From: Bacillota bacterium
Lineage (GTDB): Bacteria; Bacillota; Desulfotomaculia; Desulfotomaculales; UBA12532
Assembly (NCBI GenBank): GCA_040751815.1
Contig: JBFMHQ010000004.1
Coordinates: 12,756 to 76,755, forward strand
Direction: 5' to 3'
DNA: 64,000 nucleotides
This document shows, piece by piece, positions 1-9,838 of the stretch. The notes below the pieces were generated by a model. That model was not told where the DNA came from. It did no database searches and was given only the letters and a program-made list of their open reading frames with translations. Numbering within the stretch: position 1 is the stretch's first letter; each line of letters starts with the position of its first letter. A program made the position numbers and the translations under genes.

Positions 1-1311
1 ACCATCCGCCGCTACTTCCTTTACAAAGGGTTCGAGGTAACCTTTATTCAAAATTTCACCGACATTGACGACAAGATTATCAACCGGGCGCGGGAGGAAG
101 GGGAGGACCCGGCGGTCCTGGCCGCGAAGTACGTGGCGGCCTACTTCGAAGACGCCGACGCCCTGCACGTGCGCCGCGCGGACGTGCACCCGAAGGTTTC
201 CGAGCACATTCCCGAGATCATCGCCCTCATCGAGCGCCTGCTTGCTCGGGGGTACGCTTACGTGGTCGACGGCGATGTCTACTTCGCCGTGCGGAAGTTT
301 CCGGGGTATGGGAAGCTCTCCGGACGCACCCTCGACGATATGCTGGCCGGGGCCCGGGTGGAGGTCGATCCGAAGAAGCGGGATCCCCTGGATTTCGCCC
401 TGTGGAAGGCGGCCCGGCCCGGGGAACCGTACTGGGAGAGCCCCTGGGGGCGCGGCCGGCCCGGCTGGCACATCGAGTGCTCGGCCATGGCCCTGAAGTA
501 CCTGGGTACGACGTTTGATATCCACGGCGGGGGCGCGGACCTCATCTTCCCCCACCATGAAAACGAGATCGCCCAGTCTGAAGCGGCCACCGGTGAACCC
601 TTCGCCCGTTACTGGGTACACAACGGTTTCATCACCGTCCGGGAGGAGAAGATGTCAAAGTCCCTGGGGAACATCTTCCTGGTGCGGGATCTCCTGCGGC
701 AGTACCCGGCCGCGGTGCTGCGGCTCTTCCTCCTTTCCACCCACTACCGCAGCCCCCTGGACTTCAACACCGACAAGATGGCCGCCGCGGAGCGGGGCCT
801 GGCACGGCTGAAAAACAGCCTGGTGCTCCTGCGGGAAGCCGAGGCAAGGGCGGTGGATGAATGCGGCCCCGAGGAGGCCGCCCTCCTGGAACGCCTTGAC
901 GAACTGCGAGGGCGTTTCGAGGCGGGCATGGACGACGACTTCAATACCGCGGCGGCCCTGGCGGCGCTTTACGACCTGGCCCACGAGGTCAACGGCTACC
1001 TCCACAACCGCGCCCGCCCGTCGCGGCAGGTGCTCCGCACGGCGCAGGCGCTGTTCGAGGGCTGGAACGAGGTTCTGGGTATTTTCCCTGTGCGGGAGGG
1101 GCGTATCGTGCTGGAGGAGAAAGAACTCGGCGACAACCTGGCGCTGGGGCTCCTGGAGCTGCTCATCGCCGTGCGCCAGGAGGCGCGTGGGCGCAAGGAT
1201 TTCGCCACCGCCGACCGCATCCGCGAGGGCCTCAAGAACCTGGGGATCCTGCTGGAGGATACGCCCGGGGGCGTGCGCTGGAAGAGGGCCGTGGGCGGGC
1301 ATGGGCGCTAA
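1..1311 (+). CDS. cysS: cysteine--tRNA ligase (5' end lies outside the window)
   Basis: Frame 1 is open from base 1 and is the same frame as track ORF 133..1311. Translation has [10 protein letters not shown] and the class I KMSKS motif (KMSKSLGN). Confidence 0.95.
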   Translation, partial: TIRRYFLYKGFEVTFIQNFTDIDDKIINRAREEGEDPAVLAAKYVAAYFEDADALHVRRADVHPKVSEHIPEIIALIERLLARGYAYVVDGDVYFAVRKFPGYGKLSGRTLDDMLAGARVEVDPKKRDPLDFALWKAARPGEPYWESPWGRGRPGWHIECSAMALKYLGTTFDIHGGGADLIFPHHENEIAQSEAATGEPFARYWVHNGFITVREEKMSKSLGNIFLVRDLLRQYPAAVLRLFLLSTHYRSPLDFNTDKMAAAERGLARLKNSLVLLREAEARAVDECGPEEAALLERLDELRGRFEAGMDDDFNTAAALAALYDLAHEVNGYLHNRARPSRQVLRTAQALFEGWNEVLGIFPVREGRIVLEEKELGDNLALGLLELLIAVRQEARGRKDFATADRIREGLKNLGILLEDTPGGVRWKRAVGGHGR

Positions 1312-2041
1312 GACGCTGCAGGTAACCTTGATCGCCCATACGCCTTTCCCCGAGCAGGTCATCTCCCTGGCGGGGCGTCGCTGCTATTCCGCCCTCGACA
1401 ACGCCGGGCTGAGGACGCGGGCGGAGCAGGATGACCCCGGTGAGTTTATCGGCAGGCTTACCGCCATGGGCCACGTCACGCCCATTGAGCACGCCTCCTT
1501 CACCTTCGCCGTGGAAGGCGTTTCGAGGAGTCTTTTGGCCCAGATCACCCGGCACCGCATCGCCAGCTTTTCGGTGCAGTCGCAGCGGTACGTGGGGGAG
1601 GTGGCGGCGAAGAACCCCGACGGCGTCTTCGACTATGTGGTCCCGCCCCGCATCCGCGCGCTGGGGCCGGATGCGGTGGAGGAGTTCACGCGGCAGATGC
1701 GCCAGATCCAGGGCTGGTACGACCGGTGGGTGGAGCAACTGGGCGGCGGCCGCGACGCTTACGAGGATGCCAGGTTCGTCCTGCCCAACGCTGCGGAAAC
1801 GAAGTTCATCGTCACCATGAACGCCCGTGAGCTTCTGCATTTTTTCACCCTGCGGCTCTGCTTCCGCGCCCAGTGGGAGATACGTGCCCTGGCGGAGGAG
1901 ATGCTTGGCCTCGTGCGGCGGGTGGCACCGGCGGTCTTCGCCAACGCGGGTCCGGCCTGCGTGCGCGGTCCCTGTCCCGAGGGGGAGATGAACTGCGGCC
2001 GGATCCAGGAAGCCAGGGAAAGGTACCGGCGTAAAGAGTGA
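1301..2041 (+). CDS. thyX: FAD-dependent thymidylate synthase ThyX
   Basis: RHRIASFSVQSQRY matches the ThyX RHRxxSxxxxSxR signature. ATG at 1301 (MGAKTLQ) overlaps the cysS stop. The upstream part of track ORF 857..2041 is out-of-frame overlap with cysS. Confidence 0.9.
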   Translation: MGAKTLQVTLIAHTPFPEQVISLAGRRCYSALDNAGLRTRAEQDDPGEFIGRLTAMGHVTPIEHASFTFAVEGVSRSLLAQITRHRIASFSVQSQRYVGEVAAKNPDGVFDYVVPPRIRALGPDAVEEFTRQMRQIQGWYDRWVEQLGGGRDAYEDARFVLPNAAETKFIVTMNARELLHFFTLRLCFRAQWEIRALAEEMLGLVRRVAPAVFANAGPACVRGPCPEGEMNCGRIQEARERYRRKE

Positions 2042-2769
2042 GGGAAGACGTGATCTGCGGGCGTAACCCGGTACGTGAAGCGCTGCGTGCCGGGCGCCCC
2101 CTGCACAAGCTGCTCCTGGCCCGGGACGGCGGCGGCGTCCTGCGGGAAATCGCCGCCCTGGCGCGGGCGCGGGGCGTGCCCGTGCAGTTTGCCGACCGGG
2201 CCGCCCTGGACCGGGCGGCGGGCGGGGTGCGGCACCAGGGCGTGGTCTGCTTCGCAGCGCCCGTGGCGTACGCGGACCTGGACGATGTGGTGGCGGGGAA
2301 GAAGGATCCCTTCCTGGTTGCCCTGGCCGGGGTGCAGGACCCGCAGAACCTGGGCGCGGTGATCCGCACCGCCGAGGCGGCAGGGGCCGACGGGGTGGTC
2401 ATCCCTGCCCGGCGGGCGGCAGGTGTTACGCCGGCGGTGGCCCGGGCTTCGGCCGGTGCCGTGGCCCATCTCCCCATCGCCCGCGTCCCCAACCTGGCGC
2501 AATCCCTGGGGCGGCTGAAAGAGAAGGGGTTGTGGGTGGTGGGCGCCGACCCGCAGGCCCCCACGGTTTACTGGGACGCAGACCTGGGGGGAGCGCTGGT
2601 CCTGGTCATCGGCGGCGAGGAAGCGGGTCTCGGGCGCTCCGTGCGCGAGGCCTGCGACCTCCTGGTGCGGGTGCCTATGGTGGGGAAGGTCGGCTCCCTT
2701 AACGCGTCGGTGGCGGCGGCGCTCCTCATTTACGAGGCGTTCCGGCAGAGGAGGCGCCATGGCAGCTAA
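2038..2769 (+). CDS. rlmB: 23S rRNA 2'-O-methyltransferase, SpoU/TrmH family (RlmB-like)
   Basis: N-terminal GRNPVREAL and C-terminal GKVGSLNASVAAALLIYE SpoU motifs. Sits after cysS as in other Firmicutes. 4-nt overlap with thyX. Confidence 0.85.
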   Translation: MREDVICGRNPVREALRAGRPLHKLLLARDGGGVLREIAALARARGVPVQFADRAALDRAAGGVRHQGVVCFAAPVAYADLDDVVAGKKDPFLVALAGVQDPQNLGAVIRTAEAAGADGVVIPARRAAGVTPAVARASAGAVAHLPIARVPNLAQSLGRLKEKGLWVVGADPQAPTVYWDADLGGALVLVIGGEEAGLGRSVREACDLLVRVPMVGKVGSLNASVAAALLIYEAFRQRRRHGS

Positions 2770-3271
2770 AGAATACCTCCTTGTGGACGGGTACAACGTC
2801 ATCTTCAACGCGCCGGAATTGAAATCCCTCGCCGATCTGGAGCATGCCCGGGCACGTCTGGTGCATCTCCTGGTGAATTACGCCGCCCTTTCCGGGCGGC
2901 AGGTCATCGTCGTCTTCGACGCGCACCGCGTAGCGGGCGGCACGGAACGGGTCATCGAGGAAAGCGGCGTTACCGTCGTTTTCACCGCCGCGGGGGAAAC
3001 GGCCGACAGCGTCATCGAGCGGCTGGCCGGCACCCTGGCGCAGAAGGGCCTGGTGTACGTGGTTACCGCCGACTACGCCGAGCAGCGGGTGGTCCTGGGG
3101 CAGGGAGCCTACCGGACACCTCCTTCCGAATTCTGGCAGCAGGTGCAGGCCGCTTCCCGCGAGGCCGCGGCCCGCCCCGGCGAGAAGCAGGCGGAACGCT
3201 ACCTGGAGGAACGCCTGGCGGAGGACGTTCGGAGGGAACTCGACGCCTGGCGGCGGGGTAAAACTATGTGA
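2759..3271 (+). CDS. yacP: NYN-domain ribonuclease YacP/Rae1-like
   Basis: The LLVDGYNVI N-terminus is typical of YacP. Conserved position immediately upstream of sigH. Confidence 0.8.
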   Translation: MAAKEYLLVDGYNVIFNAPELKSLADLEHARARLVHLLVNYAALSGRQVIVVFDAHRVAGGTERVIEESGVTVVFTAAGETADSVIERLAGTLAQKGLVYVVTADYAEQRVVLGQGAYRTPPSEFWQQVQAASREAAARPGEKQAERYLEERLAEDVRRELDAWRRGKTM

Positions 3272-3291
3272 ATAGTCGGACTAATTTTACC

Positions 3292-3320
3292 TTGACGCCC
3301 GTCCAGGCCGTCGTTATAAT
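3292..3320 (+). promoter_or_regulatory. sigmaA-type promoter for sigH
   Basis: TTGACG (3292-3297), 17-nt spacer, TATAAT (3315-3320), about 60 nt upstream of the sigH start. Confidence 0.6.
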
Positions 3321-3379
3321 ACAAGTGTATTATATTCCCCCGCACCAACAACCCCAGCATAAAGTGGAGGGGAGACAGG

Positions 3380-4027
3380 TTGAGCCTCAATCCGCAGTAC
3401 TCCGCGGTGCGCAGTTTCCACGAGATGGAGGACGAAGACATTGTCGGATATGCGCGGGAAGGCGACGACCAGGCTCTGGAGTACCTGATCAACAAGTACA
3501 AGCACTTTGTGCGGGCGAAGGCGAGATCCTACTTTCTTGTCGGGGCGGACCGGGAGGATATCATCCAGGAGGGAATGATCGGGCTTTATAAAGCTATCCG
3601 TGATTTCCGCCTGGACAAACTTTCCTCCTTCCGGGCGTTCGCGGAGCTCTGCATCACGCGGCAGATCATTACGGCCATCAAAACGGCGACCCGCCAGAAA
3701 CACATCCCCCTCAATTCCTATGTCTCCCTGAATAAGCCCCTTTACGACGACGACTCGGACCGTACCCTCCTCGACATTATCTCCGGCACCAGGATCACCG
3801 ATCCCGAGGAACTGGTCATCAGCCGGGAAGAGTGCGACAACATCGGGGACAAGATCAGCGAACTCCTGAGTTCGCTGGAGTGGAAGGTGCTCACCTCGTA
3901 CCTGGAGGGGAAGTCGTACCAGGAGATCGCGGACGAGCTGCACCGCCACGTCAAGTCCATCGACAACGCCCTGCAGCGCGTCAAGCGCAAGCTCGAAAAA
4001 TACCTTGAGCGGCGGGATGTTTGCTGA
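3380..4027 (+). CDS. sigH: RNA polymerase sporulation sigma factor SigH
   Basis: DDQALEYLINKYKHFVRAKARSYFLVGADREDIIQEGMIGLYKAIRDF is a close match to SigH region 2. TTG start follows a GGAGGGGAG SD. Confidence 0.9.
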   Translation: MSLNPQYSAVRSFHEMEDEDIVGYAREGDDQALEYLINKYKHFVRAKARSYFLVGADREDIIQEGMIGLYKAIRDFRLDKLSSFRAFAELCITRQIITAIKTATRQKHIPLNSYVSLNKPLYDDDSDRTLLDIISGTRITDPEELVISREECDNIGDKISELLSSLEWKVLTSYLEGKSYQEIADELHRHVKSIDNALQRVKRKLEKYLERRDVC

Positions 4028-4064
4028 TTAATTGGCCAGCTTCGGGCGTCCGCCCTCCCTGGGG

Positions 4065-5327
4065 TCACCTCCTGGGCAGTACGGCGGACCTCAACGCGTT
4101 CCACATTGTGTCGCCGGCCAGACCCAGCCTCCAGAGGGCGATTCCGCCAAGCCCGTACCGCTTGGCGATACCGATCTTGGTACGGATGCTCACCGGCGTT
4201 TCGCCCGCCAGGGAGATGCCGAGGATGAGCTTTTCCGGCGGGACGGCCTCCCTGGCCAGGGCCACCGCCTGCGTGACGAGGTTCACCGGTTCCGGCCGGG
4301 ACCCGTAGTCGTAGGCCATGACGATTATGCGGTCGGCAAGCTCCCCCAGGGCCTTGTAGTCATAACCCCTGTAGGCGCTGTTGGGCGCGTGGAGGGTGAG
4401 GGTCAGGTGCAGGTTGGCGGCTTTCGCCTCCCCGGACAGGAGCCGGACAAACCTGGTGAAGCTCTCGCGCACCGCCGCCAGCCGCTCGCCACTGTCCCGG
4501 TAACCGAGGCCCTCGAAGTCAAGGTTCACGCCCTGGTAAAGCGCCGCTTCCCGCATTATGCCGCCGACGGCCCTGGCCATGGCCGCTTCGCTGGCGAGGA
4601 GGGAAGAAATGGTACTGTCCCCGTCCGTCACGTGGACGACCATTTCGGTTTTGAGGTTGTGCGCCGCGGCCGCTTCCAGGACCTTCTCCCAGCCGGGGGG
4701 CCTTTGCCAGCCGGTCCTGCTCCTGGTGAGGAGGTTCCCCTCCGCGTCCAGGCTGTACCACCCCAGCGCCAGCTCTCCCACCACGTCGGTGTTTCCGGCG
4801 GCAGCTTCCGGGTAACGTGTCCCGAAAAGGTCCGTCCAGCTGCTGGTCCGGTCGTCGCCCAGGGCGTAAAACCCGATGACCGCCATCTCCCGGGGCGGGG
4901 AGAAAATTACGGCCCCTTTGAGGGTCTCATCCCATTCTACCCCGCAGTTGAACGCTTCGCCGAAGAACCGGAGCGGTATAAGGGTCCGGCCGTTGACGAT
5001 TTGCGGGGGGACGTCCAGGACGATGGGGTTCTCGTTCCGGTAAGCGATCCTGTTGCCGATCTGGAGCCGGACGGAAGTCGTTCCGTCGGTGGCGCTCACC
5101 GTTCGCGTGGCTCCATCCCAGGCAACCTGGATGTTCAGGGCCTCCGCTATGGCCCGGAAGGGGACCAGCATCCGATCGTTTAGGATAACCGGCGGCACGT
5201 CGAAGGCTACCGGCAACCCGTCGACGAGCACCGGGAGGCTGCCGGTGGTTCCGTGCGCGGCGGCCGGCAGGGCCAGACCGCCGGCCAGGAGGACGGCGAG
5301 GGCGAGGATGAAAAACGGCCTTTTCAT
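4065..5327 (-). CDS. secreted glycoside hydrolase family 18 protein with N-terminal copper-amine-oxidase-like (stalk) domain (YaaH/YdhD-like)
   Basis: Signal peptide MKRPFFILALAVLLAGGLALPAAAHG. Stalk-domain pattern LVPFRAIAEALNIQVAWDGATRTV. GH18-like GVNLDFEGL catalytic block. Confidence 0.75.
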   Translation of the reverse strand: MKRPFFILALAVLLAGGLALPAAAHGTTGSLPVLVDGLPVAFDVPPVILNDRMLVPFRAIAEALNIQVAWDGATRTVSATDGTTSVRLQIGNRIAYRNENPIVLDVPPQIVNGRTLIPLRFFGEAFNCGVEWDETLKGAVIFSPPREMAVIGFYALGDDRTSSWTDLFGTRYPEAAAGNTDVVGELALGWYSLDAEGNLLTRSRTGWQRPPGWEKVLEAAAAHNLKTEMVVHVTDGDSTISSLLASEAAMARAVGGIMREAALYQGVNLDFEGLGYRDSGERLAAVRESFTRFVRLLSGEAKAANLHLTLTLHAPNSAYRGYDYKALGELADRIIVMAYDYGSRPEPVNLVTQAVALAREAVPPEKLILGISLAGETPVSIRTKIGIAKRYGLGGIALWRLGLAGDTMWNALRSAVLPRR

Positions 5328-5521
5328 TTTTCTCCTCCTGCGGCGGCAAACTATTTAAACAAAAATTGGCCGCCGGTGGCGGTAAATCCTGCCTTTCCGG
5401 AGGCGTAACATTTCCGGTGCCAACCCCGGCGCTGCGACAACTAAAACCACCGCTTTTCCACCGGCCCGCCTTGTGGTAGTCTTAGTAAAGAAGCGCCGGA
5501 CTCCGGCAGGGAGGGAAAAGC

Positions 5522-6712
5522 GTGCGGGCAGCCGAAATCGTTCCGGGCGTTTACTGGGTGGGCGTCTTAGACTGGGATATCCGCTACTTCCACGGGCGCG
5601 CGTACAGCACCCACCGCGGCACGACTTACAACGCCTACCTCATTAAGGACGAGAAGACGGTCCTGGTTGACACGGTGTACGGGCCGTTTGCGGGGGAGTT
5701 GCTGGAGAACCTGAGGAACCTTATCGACCCGGCGGGGATCGACTGCGTGGTGGTGAACCATATCGAAACCGACCACGCGGGGGCGCTGCCGGAGGTCATG
5801 CGCGTTGCGCCGCGGGCGAAGATCTACTGCACCAGGCAGGCGGCGGAGGGGTTGCGCCGGCAGTACGGCTCCGCCTGGGAGATAAACGAGGTGAAAACGG
5901 GGGACAGGCTCTCCATCGGGCGGCGCAGCCTGGTCTTCATCCCGGCCCCCATGCTCCACTGGCCCGATTCTATGTTCACCTACGTTCCCGAGGACGAACT
6001 CCTGCTTCCCAACGACGCCTTCGGTCAGCATTACGCCACCAATTTCCGTTTCGACGACCAGGTGGACCAGGCGGCCCTGATGGAGGAGGCGGCCAAATAC
6101 TACGCCAATATCCTCTACCCGTTCAGCGCCCTGGTGCTGAAAAAGCTGGCCGAGATCCGCGAACTGGGCCTGAAGATCAAAGTGATCGCCCCGAGCCACG
6201 GGGTGGTCTGGCGTGGCGCCCCGGACAGGATCATGACCGCCTACGCGCGCTGGGCGGGCGGGGAGGCGGAACCGCGGGTGCTGGTGGTCTACGACACCAT
6301 GTGGGAAAGCACGGCGCGGCTGGCCCGGGCCATCGTAACCGGCGTGACGGAAACCGGGTGCGCGTGCTGTCAGTACAGGATCGCCGTCACCGACCACAGC
6401 GACGTAATGAAGGAGGTACTTCTTTCGCGGGCGCTGGTGGTCGGTTCTCCCACCATCAACCGCGGCTACCTGCCGACCCTGGCGCCGTTCCTCGACGATC
6501 TGGTGGGCCTGAAGCCGGCGAAGCGCGCCGGCGCGGCCTTCGGTTCCTACGGCTGGAGTGGCGAGGCAGTCGGGGAAATCGAAGAGAAGCTTAAAAAGGC
6601 CGGGGTCGACCTGGTGGCCCCGGGCCTGAAAGTGAAGTGGGTGCCCGGCGCGGAAGACCTGGCCGCAGCCCGTGAACTGGGGCGGCAGGTGGCCGCCCGG
6701 GTTATGGGGTAG
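5522..6712 (+). CDS. flavodiiron protein (FprA-type O2/NO reductase: metallo-beta-lactamase plus flavodoxin domains)
   Basis: The N-terminus VPGVYWVGVLDWDIRYFHG...YNAYLI and the HIETDH diiron motif (HxExDH) are typical of class A FDPs. GTG start follows GGGAGGGAAAAGC. Confidence 0.85.
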   Translation: MRAAEIVPGVYWVGVLDWDIRYFHGRAYSTHRGTTYNAYLIKDEKTVLVDTVYGPFAGELLENLRNLIDPAGIDCVVVNHIETDHAGALPEVMRVAPRAKIYCTRQAAEGLRRQYGSAWEINEVKTGDRLSIGRRSLVFIPAPMLHWPDSMFTYVPEDELLLPNDAFGQHYATNFRFDDQVDQAALMEEAAKYYANILYPFSALVLKKLAEIRELGLKIKVIAPSHGVVWRGAPDRIMTAYARWAGGEAEPRVLVVYDTMWESTARLARAIVTGVTETGCACCQYRIAVTDHSDVMKEVLLSRALVVGSPTINRGYLPTLAPFLDDLVGLKPAKRAGAAFGSYGWSGEAVGEIEEKLKKAGVDLVAPGLKVKWVPGAEDLAAARELGRQVAARVMG

Positions 6713-6715
6713 GGT

Positions 6716-7501
6716 ATGGCGATGCGTCTGGCGGTGGCCCAACTGGCCGTGGGTGAGGACCTGGCGCGCAACGCGTGCCGCATCGCGGCCTTCATGGAAA
6801 AAGCGGCCCGGCACGGCGTGGACCTGGTGTGCTTCCCCGAGATGAGTCTCACCGGGTACCACCCCGCGGTTCTTGGCGAGCCGGAGTTGAACGCGCGCGT
6901 GGAGGCGGCGCTGGCGGAACTGGCGTCCGCCGGCCGCGACCTCGGGGTCGGCGCCATCGTGGGGCACGGCTGGCGAATGGGCGACGCCCTCTTCAACCGG
7001 GCCAGCGTGCTCCTGCCCGACGGGCGGCGGTTCTGCTACGACAAGTTGCACCCGACGGAGGAAGAGTTGAAATATTTCCGGCGAGGTGCGGAAATCCTCT
7101 GTTTTCCCTTCGGGGAGCGGCGGGCCGGCGTGATCATCTGCCGCGACCAGAACGACCCCTTCCTGGCGCGACGGCTCAGGGAGGAAGGGGCGGGCGTCCT
7201 TTTCATCCTCGCCGCGCACTACTATAAACCGAAGGAGGCCCGCTGGAAGGTGGAAAAGAACCGGGCCCTGCCCATTGCCCGGGCGGTGGAAAACAAGATG
7301 CACGTGCTCCTGGCCAACACGGTGGGGAGCCACCTTGGCATGGTCAGCCTGGGCAACAGCCTCATCGTCGATCCCGACGGGTGTGTCGTGGCCGCCGCAG
7401 GTGAGGCCGAAGAGACGCTTCTCACCCTTTCCCTGGACGGGCTCGAGATTCAGGGAGCGCCGGGGGCGGTGCAGCTTGAAGGAATGCGGCCCCGAAGTTG
7501 A
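6716..7501 (+). CDS. carbon-nitrogen hydrolase (nitrilase superfamily)
   Basis: Candidate Glu-Lys-Cys triad context: CFPEMSLTGY, YDKLHP, GVIICRDQ. 3-nt gap after the FDP gene. Confidence 0.8.
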   Translation: MAMRLAVAQLAVGEDLARNACRIAAFMEKAARHGVDLVCFPEMSLTGYHPAVLGEPELNARVEAALAELASAGRDLGVGAIVGHGWRMGDALFNRASVLLPDGRRFCYDKLHPTEEELKYFRRGAEILCFPFGERRAGVIICRDQNDPFLARRLREEGAGVLFILAAHYYKPKEARWKVEKNRALPIARAVENKMHVLLANTVGSHLGMVSLGNSLIVDPDGCVVAAAGEAEETLLTLSLDGLEIQGAPGAVQLEGMRPRS

Positions 7502-8747
7502 TCTGGTAAAGACACTGGTAAGCCTTTCCCGGAGCCTGGATTTTTCGCACCGGGGGCTCCTGCTGCACCACCTGCGGGTAACCCTGGTGGCGCTTCGCCT
7601 GGGAAGGGAAGCGGGGCTTGCCGGCAGGGACCTCCTCGATCTGTTCCGGGCGGCGGTGGTGCATGACGCCGGCGCGGTGACGTGGCCGGAGAAGGCGGCC
7701 CTGGAAGAGTTCGACGTGCGGGATCCCTGGGACCACTGCCGGCGCGGCCATGCCTTCCTGGACGGTGTGTCCCTCATGGGTTCTGCGGGCCGGATCATCC
7801 TTTCCCATCACGACCGCTGGGCCGGCGGCAACCCGTCGGGCCTGGCGGGGCAGGATATTCCCCTGGCCGCCCGCATTATTCATCTGGCCGACCGGGTAGA
7901 CGTTCTGCTCCGCGACGGTCCCGTTCTTGACCAGCGCGAGGGCATCCTGCGCCGCGCCCGCGAAGGGGCGGGGCGAATTTTCGATCCCCACCTGGTCGGC
8001 CTCCTGGAGGAGGTGGCGGGCCGCCCGAGCTTCTGGCTGGACCTTGTTTCCCCCTGGGTGGCGGAGCGGGTGCTGGCGCTGGTGCCGCCGGCCGTGGCCC
8101 CGGTAGCCTGGGACGAGCTGCGCGCCCTGGCCGGTGTTTTTGCCCGCGTGGTGGACGCCAAGAGCCGTTTCACCTACCGGCACTCGCGTGGCGTGGCCGG
8201 TGTCGCGCGCCTCCTCGGGGAGCGGCTGGGCTTTTCCGCCACGGACGGCGTCCTCCTTGAAGTTGCCGGCCTGCTCCACGACCTGGGGAAGCTCACGGTG
8301 CCCGAGGAGATCCTGGAAAAACCCGGGCCGCTCACCAGAACGGAGTACAACGTGATGATGCAGCACCCCTATTATACCTACTGGCTGCTGCAGCCGGTGG
8401 CGGCGCAGTTCCCCCTGGCTGCATGGGCCGCCTACCACCACGAGCGGCTCGACGGCACCGGGTACCCCTTTCGCCTGCCCGGTGAAAAGCTCGACCTGGG
8501 GGCGCGTGTCGTCGCCGTGGCCGACGTCTTCACGGCCCTGCGGGAGGAGCGGCCGTACCGGCCGGGGCTTGATTGGGCGAAAAGCGTACGCCTCATCGGC
8601 GAGATGGCAAGGACGGGCGCCCTGGACGGGGAAGTGGTGGCGGCCCTCCTCGCTTCCCGCCGGGAAATCGACGCCCTCTGGGCCGGGCTCACGGCGCAAA
8701 GTAACGACAGGCTGGAGGAAGGGAGTTCTTCAGACCGACCGGAATGA
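7476..8747 (+). CDS. tandem HD-GYP domain protein (putative c-di-GMP phosphodiesterase)
   Basis: Module 1: VVHDAG ... SHHDRWAGGNPSG (GYP lost). Module 2: LLHDLGK ... YHHERLDGTGYPFRL (canonical). The start is uncertain; TTG 7476 was chosen and track ORF 7275 overlaps the previous gene. Confidence 0.75.
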   Translation: MKECGPEVDLVKTLVSLSRSLDFSHRGLLLHHLRVTLVALRLGREAGLAGRDLLDLFRAAVVHDAGAVTWPEKAALEEFDVRDPWDHCRRGHAFLDGVSLMGSAGRIILSHHDRWAGGNPSGLAGQDIPLAARIIHLADRVDVLLRDGPVLDQREGILRRAREGAGRIFDPHLVGLLEEVAGRPSFWLDLVSPWVAERVLALVPPAVAPVAWDELRALAGVFARVVDAKSRFTYRHSRGVAGVARLLGERLGFSATDGVLLEVAGLLHDLGKLTVPEEILEKPGPLTRTEYNVMMQHPYYTYWLLQPVAAQFPLAAWAAYHHERLDGTGYPFRLPGEKLDLGARVVAVADVFTALREERPYRPGLDWAKSVRLIGEMARTGALDGEVVAALLASRREIDALWAGLTAQSNDRLEEGSSSDRPE

Positions 8748-9646
8748 TTGCGGTTTCTACCAGCTGGTTCACCCGTGGCGCATACACCCCGGAAGGGGTC
8801 GTACGGGGCCTCCTGGAACTGGGGGCCGACGGTGTGGAGCTTGATTTCCGCCTCGGGCCGGAAGAATTCACGGCCCTGCGGCGGTTGGTGCGGCAGGCGG
8901 GGATACCGGTGACGAGCCTGCACAACTTCTGCCCAGTTCCCGACCTGGCGAAAAAGGCGGAGGATCCTTTTCTCTTCACCGCCGCGGACGAGCGCGAGCG
9001 TGAGCTTGCCCTGCGCTACACCCTGGGGACGCTGGAGCGCGCGGCGGAGGTGGAGGCGGCCGCCGTGGTGCTGCACCTGGGGGAGGTCCCGGGCTGCGCC
9101 TCCCTGGCCGACGAGCTTTACGCCCGGCACGCAGCCGGCGCCCCGGACGGCGAGATGGAAGAACTCCGGCGGCAGCTGGCGGCGGCGCGCGCAGTCGAGG
9201 GCCCGAAATGCCTCGACCGGGCCCTCCTTGCCCTGGACCGGGTCGCCGGACGGGCGGAAAAGCTGGGCCTGAAGATCGGTATCGAGAACCGCTACCACTT
9301 CCACGAGGTGCCTTCGCCGGAGGAGATGGACCGCATCCTGCGGGAGTTTGCCGGGGCCCCCCTGGGCGTCTGGTACGACACTGGCCACGCCCACCACTGG
9401 GAGGTCATGGGCTGGGCGGCGCCGGGGGAGCTTCTGGACCGCTTCGCTCCTTCACTGGTGGGTGTGCACCTGCACGACGCCCGCGGCAGGGAAGACCACA
9501 GGTCGCCTGGCATGGGGGAGATCGACTTCGCGGCGGTGGCCGCGCACCTCGGTCCGGAAATACTCCGGGTGGCCGAGGCCCACGGCAAGGAGGACCTGGC
9601 CACCTACCGGGAAGGCCTGGCCCACCTGCGCCGCCTCGGTTTTTGA
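8744..9646 (+). CDS. sugar phosphate isomerase/epimerase (xylose-isomerase-like TIM barrel)
   Basis: LELGADGVELDF, LHLGE, IGIENRYHF and VHLHD blocks are typical of AP_endonuc_2/TIM-barrel family proteins. 4-nt overlap with the HD-GYP gene. Confidence 0.7.
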   Translation: MIAVSTSWFTRGAYTPEGVVRGLLELGADGVELDFRLGPEEFTALRRLVRQAGIPVTSLHNFCPVPDLAKKAEDPFLFTAADERERELALRYTLGTLERAAEVEAAAVVLHLGEVPGCASLADELYARHAAGAPDGEMEELRRQLAAARAVEGPKCLDRALLALDRVAGRAEKLGLKIGIENRYHFHEVPSPEEMDRILREFAGAPLGVWYDTGHAHHWEVMGWAAPGELLDRFAPSLVGVHLHDARGREDHRSPGMGEIDFAAVAAHLGPEILRVAEAHGKEDLATYREGLAHLRRLGF

Positions 9647-9700
9647 GGGCCGTTCCGGGTTGACACCCGGCAACGGGTTTTGCTACATTAAATTATACAA

Positions 9701-9775
9701 GCCGGCGTAGCTCAACGGCAGAGCAGCTGATTTGTAATCAGCAGGTTGCGGGTTCGAATCCGGCCGCCGGCTCCA
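9701..9775 (+). tRNA. tRNA-Thr (anticodon UGU), CCA encoded
   Basis: Manual cloverleaf: acceptor GCCGGCG/CGCCGGC, D arm GCTC-AACGGCA-GAGC, anticodon arm GCTGA-TTTGTAA-TCAGC, T arm GCGGG-TTCGAAT-CCGGC (one G:G mismatch at 51:63). Confidence 0.85.
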
Positions 9776-9838
9776 AGAAAATCAAGGTTTCCGGGGTTGG
9801 CACGAAAACTTAGGGGGTCGGCTGACGTTAATTTGACA

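Noticed and set aside
857-1300. Upstream extension of the thyX ORF (track 857..2041), and similarly the rpoB extension 16673..16837
   Set aside because: The thyX extension overlaps cysS out of frame and is Arg/Trp-rich. The conserved N-termini begin at ATG 1301 and ATG 16838. The rpoB extension would also contain the predicted promoter.
5567-7798. 743-aa minus-strand ORF across the FDP / CN-hydrolase / HD-GYP genes
   Set aside because: Shadow ORF opposite three well-supported + strand genes. Arg/Pro/Gly-rich translation with no recognisable domain.
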